Part shown: positions 46,731-55,684 of the stretch, piece by piece
How the letters are laid out: each line of letters opens with the position of its first letter
Position numbering within the stretch: the stretch's first letter is position 1
NCBI GenBank assembly: GCA_017992605.1
Contig: JAGOOG010000001.1
Location: 70,655 to 134,654 of the forward strand
Reading direction: 5' to 3'
Length of the DNA stretch: 64,000 nt
Source of the DNA: Deltaproteobacteria bacterium
GTDB lineage: Bacteria; Desulfobacterota; Desulfomonilia; UBA1062
Notes under the pieces: generated by a model
The model's database searches: none
Told to the model about the DNA's origin: nothing
Seen by the model: only the letters and a program-made list of their open reading frames with translations
Translations under genes and position numbers: made by a program

Positions 46731-47821
46731 ATCGACCGTGTCGTCTTCGCGTCGAAGATGTGGAGATGTTTCAGGTTCAAGGCCAGCCTGAGTTCTTCGC
46801 CAACCGTGATGACGCGCCTCCCCTCGCTGCGGGCCGTGAACCTTACCCCCTGCATGATCATGTGCATGTTGGTCTCGCCGCCCAGCGGTTCGACCACCTC
46901 CACGGTTCCGATCACCTTCCATTCCTCAGGGAAGCCGTTCGCTCCGTTATCGATGCTGAAATCCTCCGTCCGGAGACCCATGATGACATCCATACCTTCT
47001 CGAACGGCAGAGGGTTCCTTCTCGGGGATCGGCAGCCTGAGACCCCCGTTGAAATCCAGGTAGATACCCTTGTCCAGCCTGATGGTCCTCGCCGGCACGA
47101 GATTCATGGGCGGGCTGCCGATGAATCCTGCCACGAACGTGTTTGCCGGGTTTTCGAACAGATCGATCGGGCCCCCCACCTGTTCGACGTAGCCGTTGTT
47201 CATCACGACGATCCTGTCTGCCAGCGTCATGGCCTCCACCTGGTCGTGGGTGACATAGATGGTGGTGACCTGCACGCGTTGGTGAAGGAGCTTTATCTCG
47301 GTGCGCATCTGGGTGCGCAGCTTCGCGTCCAGGTTCGACAGGGGTTCGTCGAAGAGAAAGATTGCCGGGTTCCTGACCATGGCTCTGCCCATGGCGACAC
47401 GCTGTCGCTGACCTCCGGAGAGCTCGTGGGGTCTCCTGTGGAGCAGCTCCCCGAGTTCCAGGATATCCGCCGTCTCGTGAACCCTCCGGATGATCTCGTC
47501 CTTGGGTGTCTTGCTCAGCTTCAGCCCGAACGACATGTTGTTGAAGACGTTCATGTGGGGGTAGAGGGCGTAGTTCTGGAAGACCATGGCTATCCCCCGG
47601 TCCTTCGGTGCGACATCGTTCACGATCTGCCCGTTGATGAGTATATCCCCCCGGGTGATCTTCTCGAGGCCTGCAATCATCCGCAGTATGGTCGATTTTC
47701 CGCAGCCCGACGGACCGACGAGGACAATGAACTCGTTGTCGTGGAAGTCCAGGTTCACCCCGTGAACCACCTCGACCTTGCCGAAGCGCTTCACGACATC
47801 TCTCAAGACGACATCAGCCAT
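46724..47821 (-). CDS. ugpC: sn-glycerol-3-phosphate ABC transporter ATP-binding protein
   Basis: Strong similarity to E. coli UgpC/MalK (GPSGCGKSTILRMIAGLE, IAMVFQNYALYPHM, LSGGQRQRVAMGRA, FLFDEPLSNLDAKLR), plus C-terminal regulatory domain. Confidence 0.85.
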   Translation of the reverse strand: MADVVLRDVVKRFGKVEVVHGVNLDFHDNEFIVLVGPSGCGKSTILRMIAGLEKITRGDILINGQIVNDVAPKDRGIAMVFQNYALYPHMNVFNNMSFGLKLSKTPKDEIIRRVHETADILELGELLHRRPHELSGGQRQRVAMGRAMVRNPAIFLFDEPLSNLDAKLRTQMRTEIKLLHQRVQVTTIYVTHDQVEAMTLADRIVVMNNGYVEQVGGPIDLFENPANTFVAGFIGSPPMNLVPARTIRLDKGIYLDFNGGLRLPIPEKEPSAVREGMDVIMGLRTEDFSIDNGANGFPEEWKVIGTVEVVEPLGGETNMHMIMQGVRFTARSEGRRVITVGEELRLALNLKHLHIFDAKTTRSIY

Positions 47822-48147
47822 GGTTCCTTCCCGATCCGGATGGAGGAGCCCCCCATTCGGTGGTGTTATTTCTTGTCGTGTTTATTCCCGACCACAAAAT
47901 TTTTAGTATAAAAGCTTCAGAAGCGTCAAGTGTGTGGTAGAAATCAAGAAACGCCCAAGACGCACAAGGGTATCGTACGGACGGCCATCACCACACCGGC
48001 ATTTCTAACAATTTGATATAATTAGAGCTCTCTTTATATGGCCTTGACTTGATCCGGACTGCAGGGTACATTTTCTTCATACAGAGGTATCTGCACACCG
48101 GGCACACTGCTCGATCCTAAAAACCATACAAGGGGGAGGTCACGAAC

Positions 48148-49470
48148 ATGCGGAAGATACTCGTACTGATTTCTGCGGTCATAGCAATAGTTTTTCTCTC
48201 CGGACAGGTAATGGCGGAGCCGATCACCATCAACTGGTGGCACGCCATGAAGGGAGCACGGGGAAAGGTTATTGATACCATGGTCAAGGCTTTCAACGAC
48301 TCGCAGTCTGAGTACGTTGTGGTGGCGACTTACAAGGGAGATTACGACGAAACCGTCAACGCAGGGGTGGCTGCCTATCGGGCCAAGAAGCAGCCCCACA
48401 TCCTCCAGTCCTTCGAGGTGGGGACACAGACCATGATGCTCTCCGGTGCCGTGTACCCCGTTTACAAGCTCATGAAGGACGAGGGGTACACCATCGACTG
48501 GAAGGCTTACATCCAGCCGGTCCTCTCCTACTACATGGACGCGGACGGGAACCTGATGTCCATGCCCTTCAATTCCTCGACACCGGTCATGTACTACAAT
48601 GTCAACCTGTTCAAGAAGGCCGGCATCCCCATGCTGGACAAGGGGAAACCCATCACGTGGGATCAGTTGGGAGAAATCACGACCAAGCTGGTCAAGTCGG
48701 GAGTGACCGGAGGTCTGGTCTGCGGTTGGCAGTCCTGGACCCAGGTGGAAAATTACAGCGCCATTCACAACATTCCCTTTGCATCCAAGAACAACGGATA
48801 CGAGGGACTCGACTGCGAGCTTCTCTTCAACAATGACAAAGTCGTCAAGCACATCGCCATGCTGAAGGACTGGATGAAGGACAACCGGTTCTATTATGGA
48901 GGGCAGAAGTATCAGGGCCCATCCGCGGAGTTCCTTGCCCAGAACGCGGGTGTGTATATCGACTCGGTGAGCCAGATCTCCACGCTGCAGAAGTCGGCCA
49001 AGGACTTTGCCTGGGACGTGGCCCCGCTTCCCGTGGAGGCGTGGATGAAGAACCCGCAGAACAGCATCATCGGCGGCGCGTCCCTGTGGGTGTTCAATGG
49101 CCATGGCAAGAAGGATTACAAAGGAGTCGCAGCATTCCTGAAGCACCTTGCAAAGCCGGAGATGCAGGTATACTGGCACAAGGAGACCGGGTACTTCCCC
49201 ATCACGCTGGCGGCCTACGAACAACTGAAGAAAGACGGGTATTACACAGAATACCCGTATCAGGAAGTCGGCATCAAGCAGCTCACCAGACGGGACCCGA
49301 CTAAGATCTCGCGGGGACTGAGGCTCGGATACTTCATCCAGATCCGCAACATCATCAACGAGGAGCTCGAGCTTGTATGGAGCGGAAAGAAGACGGCGAA
49401 GGAGGCCATGGACAGCGCCGTCGCCCGTGGGAACCAGCAGCTTCGGGAGTTTGAAAAAACGTATAAGTAG
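48148..49470 (+). CDS. ugpB: sn-glycerol-3-phosphate ABC transporter substrate-binding protein
   Basis: Near-colinear match to E. coli UgpB in many blocks (FNSSTPVMYYN, FKKAG, GWQSWTQVENYSA, PFASKNNG, QNSIIGGASLW, LAKPE, KGLRLG, RGNQQLREFEK). Confidence 0.9.
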   Translation: MRKILVLISAVIAIVFLSGQVMAEPITINWWHAMKGARGKVIDTMVKAFNDSQSEYVVVATYKGDYDETVNAGVAAYRAKKQPHILQSFEVGTQTMMLSGAVYPVYKLMKDEGYTIDWKAYIQPVLSYYMDADGNLMSMPFNSSTPVMYYNVNLFKKAGIPMLDKGKPITWDQLGEITTKLVKSGVTGGLVCGWQSWTQVENYSAIHNIPFASKNNGYEGLDCELLFNNDKVVKHIAMLKDWMKDNRFYYGGQKYQGPSAEFLAQNAGVYIDSVSQISTLQKSAKDFAWDVAPLPVEAWMKNPQNSIIGGASLWVFNGHGKKDYKGVAAFLKHLAKPEMQVYWHKETGYFPITLAAYEQLKKDGYYTEYPYQEVGIKQLTRRDPTKISRGLRLGYFIQIRNIINEELELVWSGKKTAKEAMDSAVARGNQQLREFEKTYK

Positions 49471-49547
49471 GGATACCATCACCGAACAGGAAAGCCTGTC
49501 GCTTGCCCTTGATCGGAGGGCAAGCGACAGGCTGTGATCAGGCGCAC

Positions 49548-50438
49548 ATGATAAAGAGATCCATCTTCACATCACGAACACTGCCGTATCTGCTTATCCT
49601 GCCGCAGCTCGCAGTCACACTCACCTTCTTCTACTGGCCGGCAGTCCAGGGGCTGATGCGGTCGTTCACCCTCAGCGATCCCTTCGGGGGCAGGAGCAAG
49701 TTCGTCTGGTTCGACAATTTCATCACGCTGTTCACCGATCCGCTCTACCTGAAGTCCATCGTGATCACGTGCGTCTTCAGTGCCCTGGTTGCATTCATAT
49801 CGATCTCGATCGGGCTGTTCATCGCGACCATGGCCAACAGGGCACTGAGGGCAAAGGCGGTGATGCGGACGCTCCTCATCTGGCCCTATGCGGTGGCGCC
49901 GGCCATTTCGGGCATACTGTGGCTCTTCCTGCTCCATCCCTCGTACGGGGTCGTATCCCTGGCCATCAAGCAGTGGTTCGGCTTCGCATGGAATCCGGTC
50001 CTGAACGGGTCCCATGCCCTCTCCATGGTTGTCATGGCCAGCGCATGGAAGGAGATAAGCTATAACTTCGTCTTCTTCATGGCAGGCCTGCAGGCCATAC
50101 CCATGTCCCTCATCGAAGCGGCCGCCATTGACGGGGCAAGCCCGTTCAGGAGGTTCTGGACCATCACGGTCCCCCTGCTGTCGCCGACCCTGTTCTTCGT
50201 CACGGTCATGAACATCATCTACTCGTTCTTCGACACCTTCGGCGTCATCCACACCATGACCCAGGGTGGCCCGGGAGGAGCCACGAACATTCTTGTCTAC
50301 AAGGTGTATCAGGACGGGTTCATAGGTCTGAACCTCGGGTCTTCCTCTGCACAGTCGGTGGTGCTCATGACGATCATCATCACGGTGACCGTTCTGCAGT
50401 TCAAGTACGTGGAACGGAAGGTCCAGTACGGGGGGTAG
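49548..50438 (+). CDS. ugpA: sn-glycerol-3-phosphate ABC transporter permease
   Basis: Six TM helices. EAA loop IEAAAIDGASPFRRFWTITVPLLSP. Confidence 0.8.
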   Translation: MIKRSIFTSRTLPYLLILPQLAVTLTFFYWPAVQGLMRSFTLSDPFGGRSKFVWFDNFITLFTDPLYLKSIVITCVFSALVAFISISIGLFIATMANRALRAKAVMRTLLIWPYAVAPAISGILWLFLLHPSYGVVSLAIKQWFGFAWNPVLNGSHALSMVVMASAWKEISYNFVFFMAGLQAIPMSLIEAAAIDGASPFRRFWTITVPLLSPTLFFVTVMNIIYSFFDTFGVIHTMTQGGPGGATNILVYKVYQDGFIGLNLGSSSAQSVVLMTIIITVTVLQFKYVERKVQYGG

Positions 50439-50443
50439 GGACC

Positions 50444-51364
50444 ATGACGGAGAAGACGCCGATTCTCGATGTCCTCACCTACACCTTGCTGATCGCCGGC
50501 ATCCTCATCGTCGGGTTCCCCATCATCTACGCGGTGATCGCCGCGACACTTCCCCTGGAAGACGTGACCAGGATCCCGATGCCGCTCGTCCCCGGCGACC
50601 AGTTCTTCGTGAACGTGAAGGCCGCGTGGATCAATGGAAACCTGGGAACGAATCTGCTCAACTCGTTCATCATGGCGACGGGTATCACCATCGGGAAGAT
50701 CGTTGTTTCCCTGCTGGGCGCCTTCTCCATCGTGTACTTCGACTATCGTCTCCGCACCGTGGCGTTCGTGTCCGTGTTCTGCACCCTCATGCTGCCCGTG
50801 GAGGTGAGGATCCTCCCGACCTATGAGATGGCCGCGAACCTCCTGGGCCCGATCCAGGGGCTCTGGGAACTGCTCCACCTGGATGGTGCCGTTCGCTGGA
50901 TAACGGGCCATGACATCGAGGTGTCCCTGGAATGGAGCCTGCTCGACAGCTATACCGGGCTCATCATGCCGCTGGTCGCCTCCGCCACCTGCACCTTCCT
51001 CTTTCGCCAGTTCTTTCTGACCATCCCGGAGGAACTGTGCGAGGCGGCAAAGATGGATGGCGCCTCCGCCATGACGTTCTTCCGGAAGATCCTGCTGCCG
51101 CTGTCTAAGACCAACATAGCCGCCCTGGTCGTCATCGAGTTCGTCTACGGGTGGAATCAGTATCTCTGGCCGCTCCTCATCACGACCAACCCCAAGATGA
51201 TGACCGCGGTCATCGGTCTTCAGCAGATCATCCCCGCCGTGGACGACATCCCGTACTGGAACGTGGCCCTCGCCGGGGCACTGATCGTCATGCTGCCGCC
51301 GGTCCTGGTGGTGCTCTTCATGCAGCGGTGGTTCGTCAAGGGACTGGTCGAGAAGGAGAAATGA
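50444..51364 (+). CDS. ugpE: sn-glycerol-3-phosphate ABC transporter permease
   Basis: Six TM helices. EAA loop CEAAKMDGASAMTFFRKILLPLSKT. Confidence 0.8.
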   Translation: MTEKTPILDVLTYTLLIAGILIVGFPIIYAVIAATLPLEDVTRIPMPLVPGDQFFVNVKAAWINGNLGTNLLNSFIMATGITIGKIVVSLLGAFSIVYFDYRLRTVAFVSVFCTLMLPVEVRILPTYEMAANLLGPIQGLWELLHLDGAVRWITGHDIEVSLEWSLLDSYTGLIMPLVASATCTFLFRQFFLTIPEELCEAAKMDGASAMTFFRKILLPLSKTNIAALVVIEFVYGWNQYLWPLLITTNPKMMTAVIGLQQIIPAVDDIPYWNVALAGALIVMLPPVLVVLFMQRWFVKGLVEKEK

Positions 51365-51377
51365 GGAGTACCCGGCG

Positions 51378-54300
51378 TCAGGCTTCGTTCCTGATCGTCC
51401 GGAGATACTGCCCTGATCTGTCCAGATAGAAAGACAGCGCACGGGAGAAGTTCTTGCCCACGATCCCGTCAAGGAAGAGCTGGCTTATCTCGCGCTCTCT
51501 GGAGAGGATGGACTGCGTCTGGACGAATATCCGGAGCTCTTCGGGGGAGAGTTCCTTCATTATCATTCTGAGGGCGCCTCCTGCCCGCGGCTGGTACATC
51601 CAGAAATAGAGGAGATCGAGGGCATGGATGCTGACGATGTGCTCCAGATCGGTGGCCTCACTGTGGAGCTTCCGGAAGAGTTCGTCCGGGGAGTCGAGCA
51701 TCTTGAGGATATCCGACTCAGGGAAGAAGATTTCCATGAGGGCATAGCTGTTGAAGAGCTGATCAAGTTTGCTCCGGTAATCCCGCTGGCGGATGTCGAT
51801 ATTCCGGTACCGGTCCGCAAGGCCTTCGATGATTCCCGCCACGCAGTCGGAAGCGGCCTTGGAAATGATGGCTGCCCACTTCTGGAGGACAAGATTGACG
51901 CCGGGTATGCCGAACGCAAAGAGGATTGCCCCGAGAACTATGTTGAACAGGATCGCCAGGGGTATGGACAGGACCGTGCGGAAGAAGTTCCCGATGATGA
52001 CGCCTTTCTGGAAGCCCCTGAAGGCATTATGAGATGAGATATAGATGCCGTTTGCAATGGCCATCACCGTGTAGAGCACGACCGGCCCGGTCGCGACCGT
52101 AATGCCGAACATCCTGTCGAGGATCACGGTCTTGATGACATAGTCGAGCAGGGGAACGGAGAAGCCCGTGAACAGGAGGGAGTCGGTCAGCCGTTCCCAG
52201 CTCACGTAGTCATCCCATTTGAGGAGAGGAGAGCGACGGAAACCCCCTCCGCCGAGCACGGACTGGAGAATGTTCCTCAGTCCCGTGATCCCGAACCATA
52301 TGAATGCCCCGAAGTATCCGAGCAGCCACCAGTCCTTGGTGAGATAGAACGTCAGGAAGGCCGGGAGGAACCCGAGCAGGATCTTGATCCAGTTCTTCAG
52401 GGTGGAGTTCATGTATCTCCAGGAGACGGGGTTCGAACGTTCGTGCTCTTCGGGGGGGTGGAGGAAGAGCTGGTTCGTGCGTTCCACGTCTATGCCACCC
52501 AGGGTCACGACGTTGCCCTGGCCGCCGATGACGGTCGAGTTCTTGATCGTTACCCATTCCTCCTGGCGCCTCTTGCCGATGAATCTCAATCCCGGGACAT
52601 TTTTCGCCCAGCGGCTGAGCCCTCTGATGAACGGGCTCGAGATCTCTCGTGGTATATACGCCACCCTCAGATACACACGGGTGTGGATGGGCACGATGAA
52701 TCGCGAGTCCGAGAGCGTCGTCTGGATGTTCTTTTGCACACGGGACGGCAGGGTGTCCCGTATGACAAGACCCATGCCGTAGAGATGGTGCGATCTACCG
52801 GCGGAATCGCTCCCGATCCGGCTCGTGAGGATGGAATTGTCATAGAGACCGTGGAGTGATCCGATATCATGCAGGATAGTGGTGAGCTTCTCTTTCCGCG
52901 ATTCCCTGTCAGGATGATCAGAGGAGTCCACTTTGTGGATTATGGACTGCAGGATCCGCTTCAGCGAGATGACGTTTCCGCTGTTCAACGCACGCTGGAG
53001 TTCGTTGATCTCACCATAGGGCGGGGTTTTCCCCGTGATGTAGTCCTTGAGGTTGAAGTTCTCCAGGTGCGTGATCTTGCCCCCGCAGTCATAGATGATC
53101 TCCAGCACGTCTTCAACCTCGAGCCCCGAGAGGCCCAGGGTGATGCTGTATCCTGAATGGAGCCGCTCGAACCGCTCGACAAGCTCGCTGGGTGAGAGCC
53201 TGAGAAGTCCAGGGAGATCCGGGTCATCCCGTGGGGTGTTCGGGTCGGGTATGCCGGGATTCGAGGAGGGTCTCAGGAACTTCTCCACGATGGCCTCGGA
53301 ATCGAGGTTGTTCATGTCGTCGACGAGACGTTCTATCTCGTCACGGTCCTTCTCTCCCGAGAGGGTATGGATGGATCTCAGTTCCTCGGTCCGGGCCTGC
53401 ATTGCGGGCAGCATCCTCGTGTGGATAAGTTCGGCCAGGTGCAGGATGGACATCTGTCCGATCCCCACGAATTCCAAGAATTCAGACTCCTCGATCGGAT
53501 CAAGGTCAATGCCGTAGGTCTGTTTGATCGTGTTTCGATGCCTGGAATTGAATTCGTCGAGGATCGCGAGGACATAGCGCTGCTTGTACTCCGATACCTT
53601 TTCCCCTTCCTCGGTGAAGGCGGCGACGTGTGGCTCCTTCAGAAAGTTGAGGTAGTCCTGCGTATCGAGCAGCCCCCGGGGGGCCCATATGATCTGAACG
53701 TACCGGTCCCTGAATCTCGGCGTGAATTCTATGCCGATCCGGACCCTGATTCCCATGATCTGGGCGGCCTCAAGGAGTTCCTCGGCCACATCCGCTTTCA
53801 CATAGTTGTAATAGATGATCTTGAGCCTGCGGATCCCCTTGATCCAGGCATCCATGATGAGGTGGGAAGGGGATTTTCTCCCCTTGGTGTTCACGTCGTG
53901 CACATGGTCGTCGGTGGCGATCTGGTTCCACTCTTCAGGCATCTCGAGGAGATGGTGCCTGCTCAGCTGCTCCCTGATGACGCGGGGTCTGCCCGAGGCC
54001 GCGAGCCGGAAGTCGTGGGCCAGTTCAAGACGGCTTCGCAGATCACCCTGCCTGCGGACGAGCATCTTCATGATCTGAACGAGGACGCGCGCGGTATTCA
54101 TCCGGAAAGGAGTCTCCGCACTGGAAAGGACTTCGTCTCTCAACGACCTCAGGGCGCTCAGTCTGTCCTTTGCCTCCCCGACATCGAGGGAATTCAGGAG
54201 ATGGGCAACGGCGTAGGCTATGCGCAGTTCCCTCGAGGCCGCCATTTCACGGATGCCATGGGGATGAAGGTACGGATTCAGCAGGTTCTTGATGTACACC

Positions 54301-54404
54301 CGTGATTTGTCCCGGTGCAGGACCTCGTTCACGATGTCCAGCAGGTCGTGATCTTCCTTGTCGAAAAGGATCGGCAATGTTCGGTTCTTCATATCACCGC
54401 GCAC
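51378..54404 (-). CDS. large uncharacterised protein (1008 aa): about 650-aa cytoplasmic N-terminal region, 5-6 TM helices, about 150-aa C-terminal domain
   Basis: Long uninterrupted ORF with coding-like composition. No confidently recognisable domain. Convergent with ugpE, upstream of a membrane metallophosphoesterase. Confidence 0.6.
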   Translation of the reverse strand: MRGDMKNRTLPILFDKEDHDLLDIVNEVLHRDKSRVYIKNLLNPYLHPHGIREMAASRELRIAYAVAHLLNSLDVGEAKDRLSALRSLRDEVLSSAETPFRMNTARVLVQIMKMLVRRQGDLRSRLELAHDFRLAASGRPRVIREQLSRHHLLEMPEEWNQIATDDHVHDVNTKGRKSPSHLIMDAWIKGIRRLKIIYYNYVKADVAEELLEAAQIMGIRVRIGIEFTPRFRDRYVQIIWAPRGLLDTQDYLNFLKEPHVAAFTEEGEKVSEYKQRYVLAILDEFNSRHRNTIKQTYGIDLDPIEESEFLEFVGIGQMSILHLAELIHTRMLPAMQARTEELRSIHTLSGEKDRDEIERLVDDMNNLDSEAIVEKFLRPSSNPGIPDPNTPRDDPDLPGLLRLSPSELVERFERLHSGYSITLGLSGLEVEDVLEIIYDCGGKITHLENFNLKDYITGKTPPYGEINELQRALNSGNVISLKRILQSIIHKVDSSDHPDRESRKEKLTTILHDIGSLHGLYDNSILTSRIGSDSAGRSHHLYGMGLVIRDTLPSRVQKNIQTTLSDSRFIVPIHTRVYLRVAYIPREISSPFIRGLSRWAKNVPGLRFIGKRRQEEWVTIKNSTVIGGQGNVVTLGGIDVERTNQLFLHPPEEHERSNPVSWRYMNSTLKNWIKILLGFLPAFLTFYLTKDWWLLGYFGAFIWFGITGLRNILQSVLGGGGFRRSPLLKWDDYVSWERLTDSLLFTGFSVPLLDYVIKTVILDRMFGITVATGPVVLYTVMAIANGIYISSHNAFRGFQKGVIIGNFFRTVLSIPLAILFNIVLGAILFAFGIPGVNLVLQKWAAIISKAASDCVAGIIEGLADRYRNIDIRQRDYRSKLDQLFNSYALMEIFFPESDILKMLDSPDELFRKLHSEATDLEHIVSIHALDLLYFWMYQPRAGGALRMIMKELSPEELRIFVQTQSILSREREISQLFLDGIVGKNFSRALSFYLDRSGQYLRTIRNEA

Positions 54405-54477
54405 AATAACTTATTATAATAACATGAGAGGCAGAAGCAGGAAAAGGTTCAATCGTGATGATCTTCTCCCTCAGGAA

Positions 54478-55620
54478 TTACTTATCGGTGCCGTGGACGA
54501 GATCTATGACGGTGACCTCCGGCGGCGCCAGGAAGCGCATGGGAGGTCCCCAGGTCCCGGTGCCGCGGCTCACGTGGAGCAGGGAGCCCGCGGGCAGGGC
54601 GTGGCTCCCGGAGACATACGAGAAGAAAGGCCGCACCATGAACCGAAACGGGAAGATCTGACCCCTGTGCGTGTGCCCCGAGAGCTGAAGGTCGAAGAGC
54701 CCGGACGAGGAGTCGCCGACGACGGGCATGTGCTTGAGGAGGACGATGAAGGTGTCGGGGGAAAGCCTGGCAAGCAGATCATGCTCCGATAAAGGAGGTC
54801 TCGTGCCGAACCGTTCGCCCGTCGCGTCGTCGACGCCGGCTATGACGACGCCTGCCGCCCCCGCGGCCTCGTTCCTGAGCACGGTGAACCCCGCCGAGCG
54901 GGTGACTTCCAGGGAATGGTCGAGCCCCGCATAGAACTCGTGGTTCCCCGTGACCGCGAATTTCCCGTACCGGGGCGTGAAGGAGCCGAAGATTTCCGCA
55001 AGACCCGAGACGCTGTCGATCTGACCGTCCATGAGGTCCCCGGTGGAGACGAGGATGTCGGGGTCGGCCTGGCGTATGACCCTGAGAATCCTGTGCAGCC
55101 TCTCTTCCCTCACGATGAGACCGAGGTGGACGTCCGAGATCTGTGCGATGCGTATCCTGCCCATGGCCGGGGGGATCTTGGGCGACCTGACGGTTATCGT
55201 CTCGGTACGGATGTGCAGGGCCTCGAAATAGGCGTAGACAGAGATGCACAGGGCGAGGAGCAGGGGCAGGAGGAATGTCTGCCTGGCCGAGGGCACGAAC
55301 CATGCCGCATCCGCGCGGAGCGCGACGGATGCGAGCCGCGCCGCGAGTCGAAGCGCATCGGTCAGGAGCGAGACCGAGAAGAAGATGAAGAGGGCCCCCA
55401 TCCAGGTATACCCGACCCACGAGAGCGATCTCGCCATCCCGTCGAAGGAGTGTCTCTCGAGGAGCCGCACGAGCACCGGCGATACGGTCATGGCCGCCAG
55501 GAAGAGGCCCAGCAGGACGCGCAGGGCGATGCCCAGCGGGAAGGCCGCCTGGGCCTTGCAGAAGGCATAGACGTGCACGGATCCGTAGATGCAGAAAACG
55601 GTGAGCAGGAACAGGCTCAT
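54478..55620 (-). CDS. membrane-anchored metallophosphoesterase (calcineurin-like, YkuE-type)
   Basis: Four N-terminal TM helices then the phosphoesterase motifs IAQISDVHLG, VSTGDLMD, VTGNHE, SGHTH. Confidence 0.75.
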   Translation of the reverse strand: MSLFLLTVFCIYGSVHVYAFCKAQAAFPLGIALRVLLGLFLAAMTVSPVLVRLLERHSFDGMARSLSWVGYTWMGALFIFFSVSLLTDALRLAARLASVALRADAAWFVPSARQTFLLPLLLALCISVYAYFEALHIRTETITVRSPKIPPAMGRIRIAQISDVHLGLIVREERLHRILRVIRQADPDILVSTGDLMDGQIDSVSGLAEIFGSFTPRYGKFAVTGNHEFYAGLDHSLEVTRSAGFTVLRNEAAGAAGVVIAGVDDATGERFGTRPPLSEHDLLARLSPDTFIVLLKHMPVVGDSSSGLFDLQLSGHTHRGQIFPFRFMVRPFFSYVSGSHALPAGSLLHVSRGTGTWGPPMRFLAPPEVTVIDLVHGTDK

Positions 55621-55684
55621 ATCACGACCTCTCGATGACGAAACTCACGTGCCTGGTGTTCGATGCACCCGGCCCGATAAGGGC

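Noticed and set aside
52425-52445. GGGGTTCGAAC, a tRNA T-loop-like motif
   Set aside because: Lies inside the 1008-aa CDS. No acceptor or anticodon stems can be formed around it. No tRNA gene is supported anywhere in the window.
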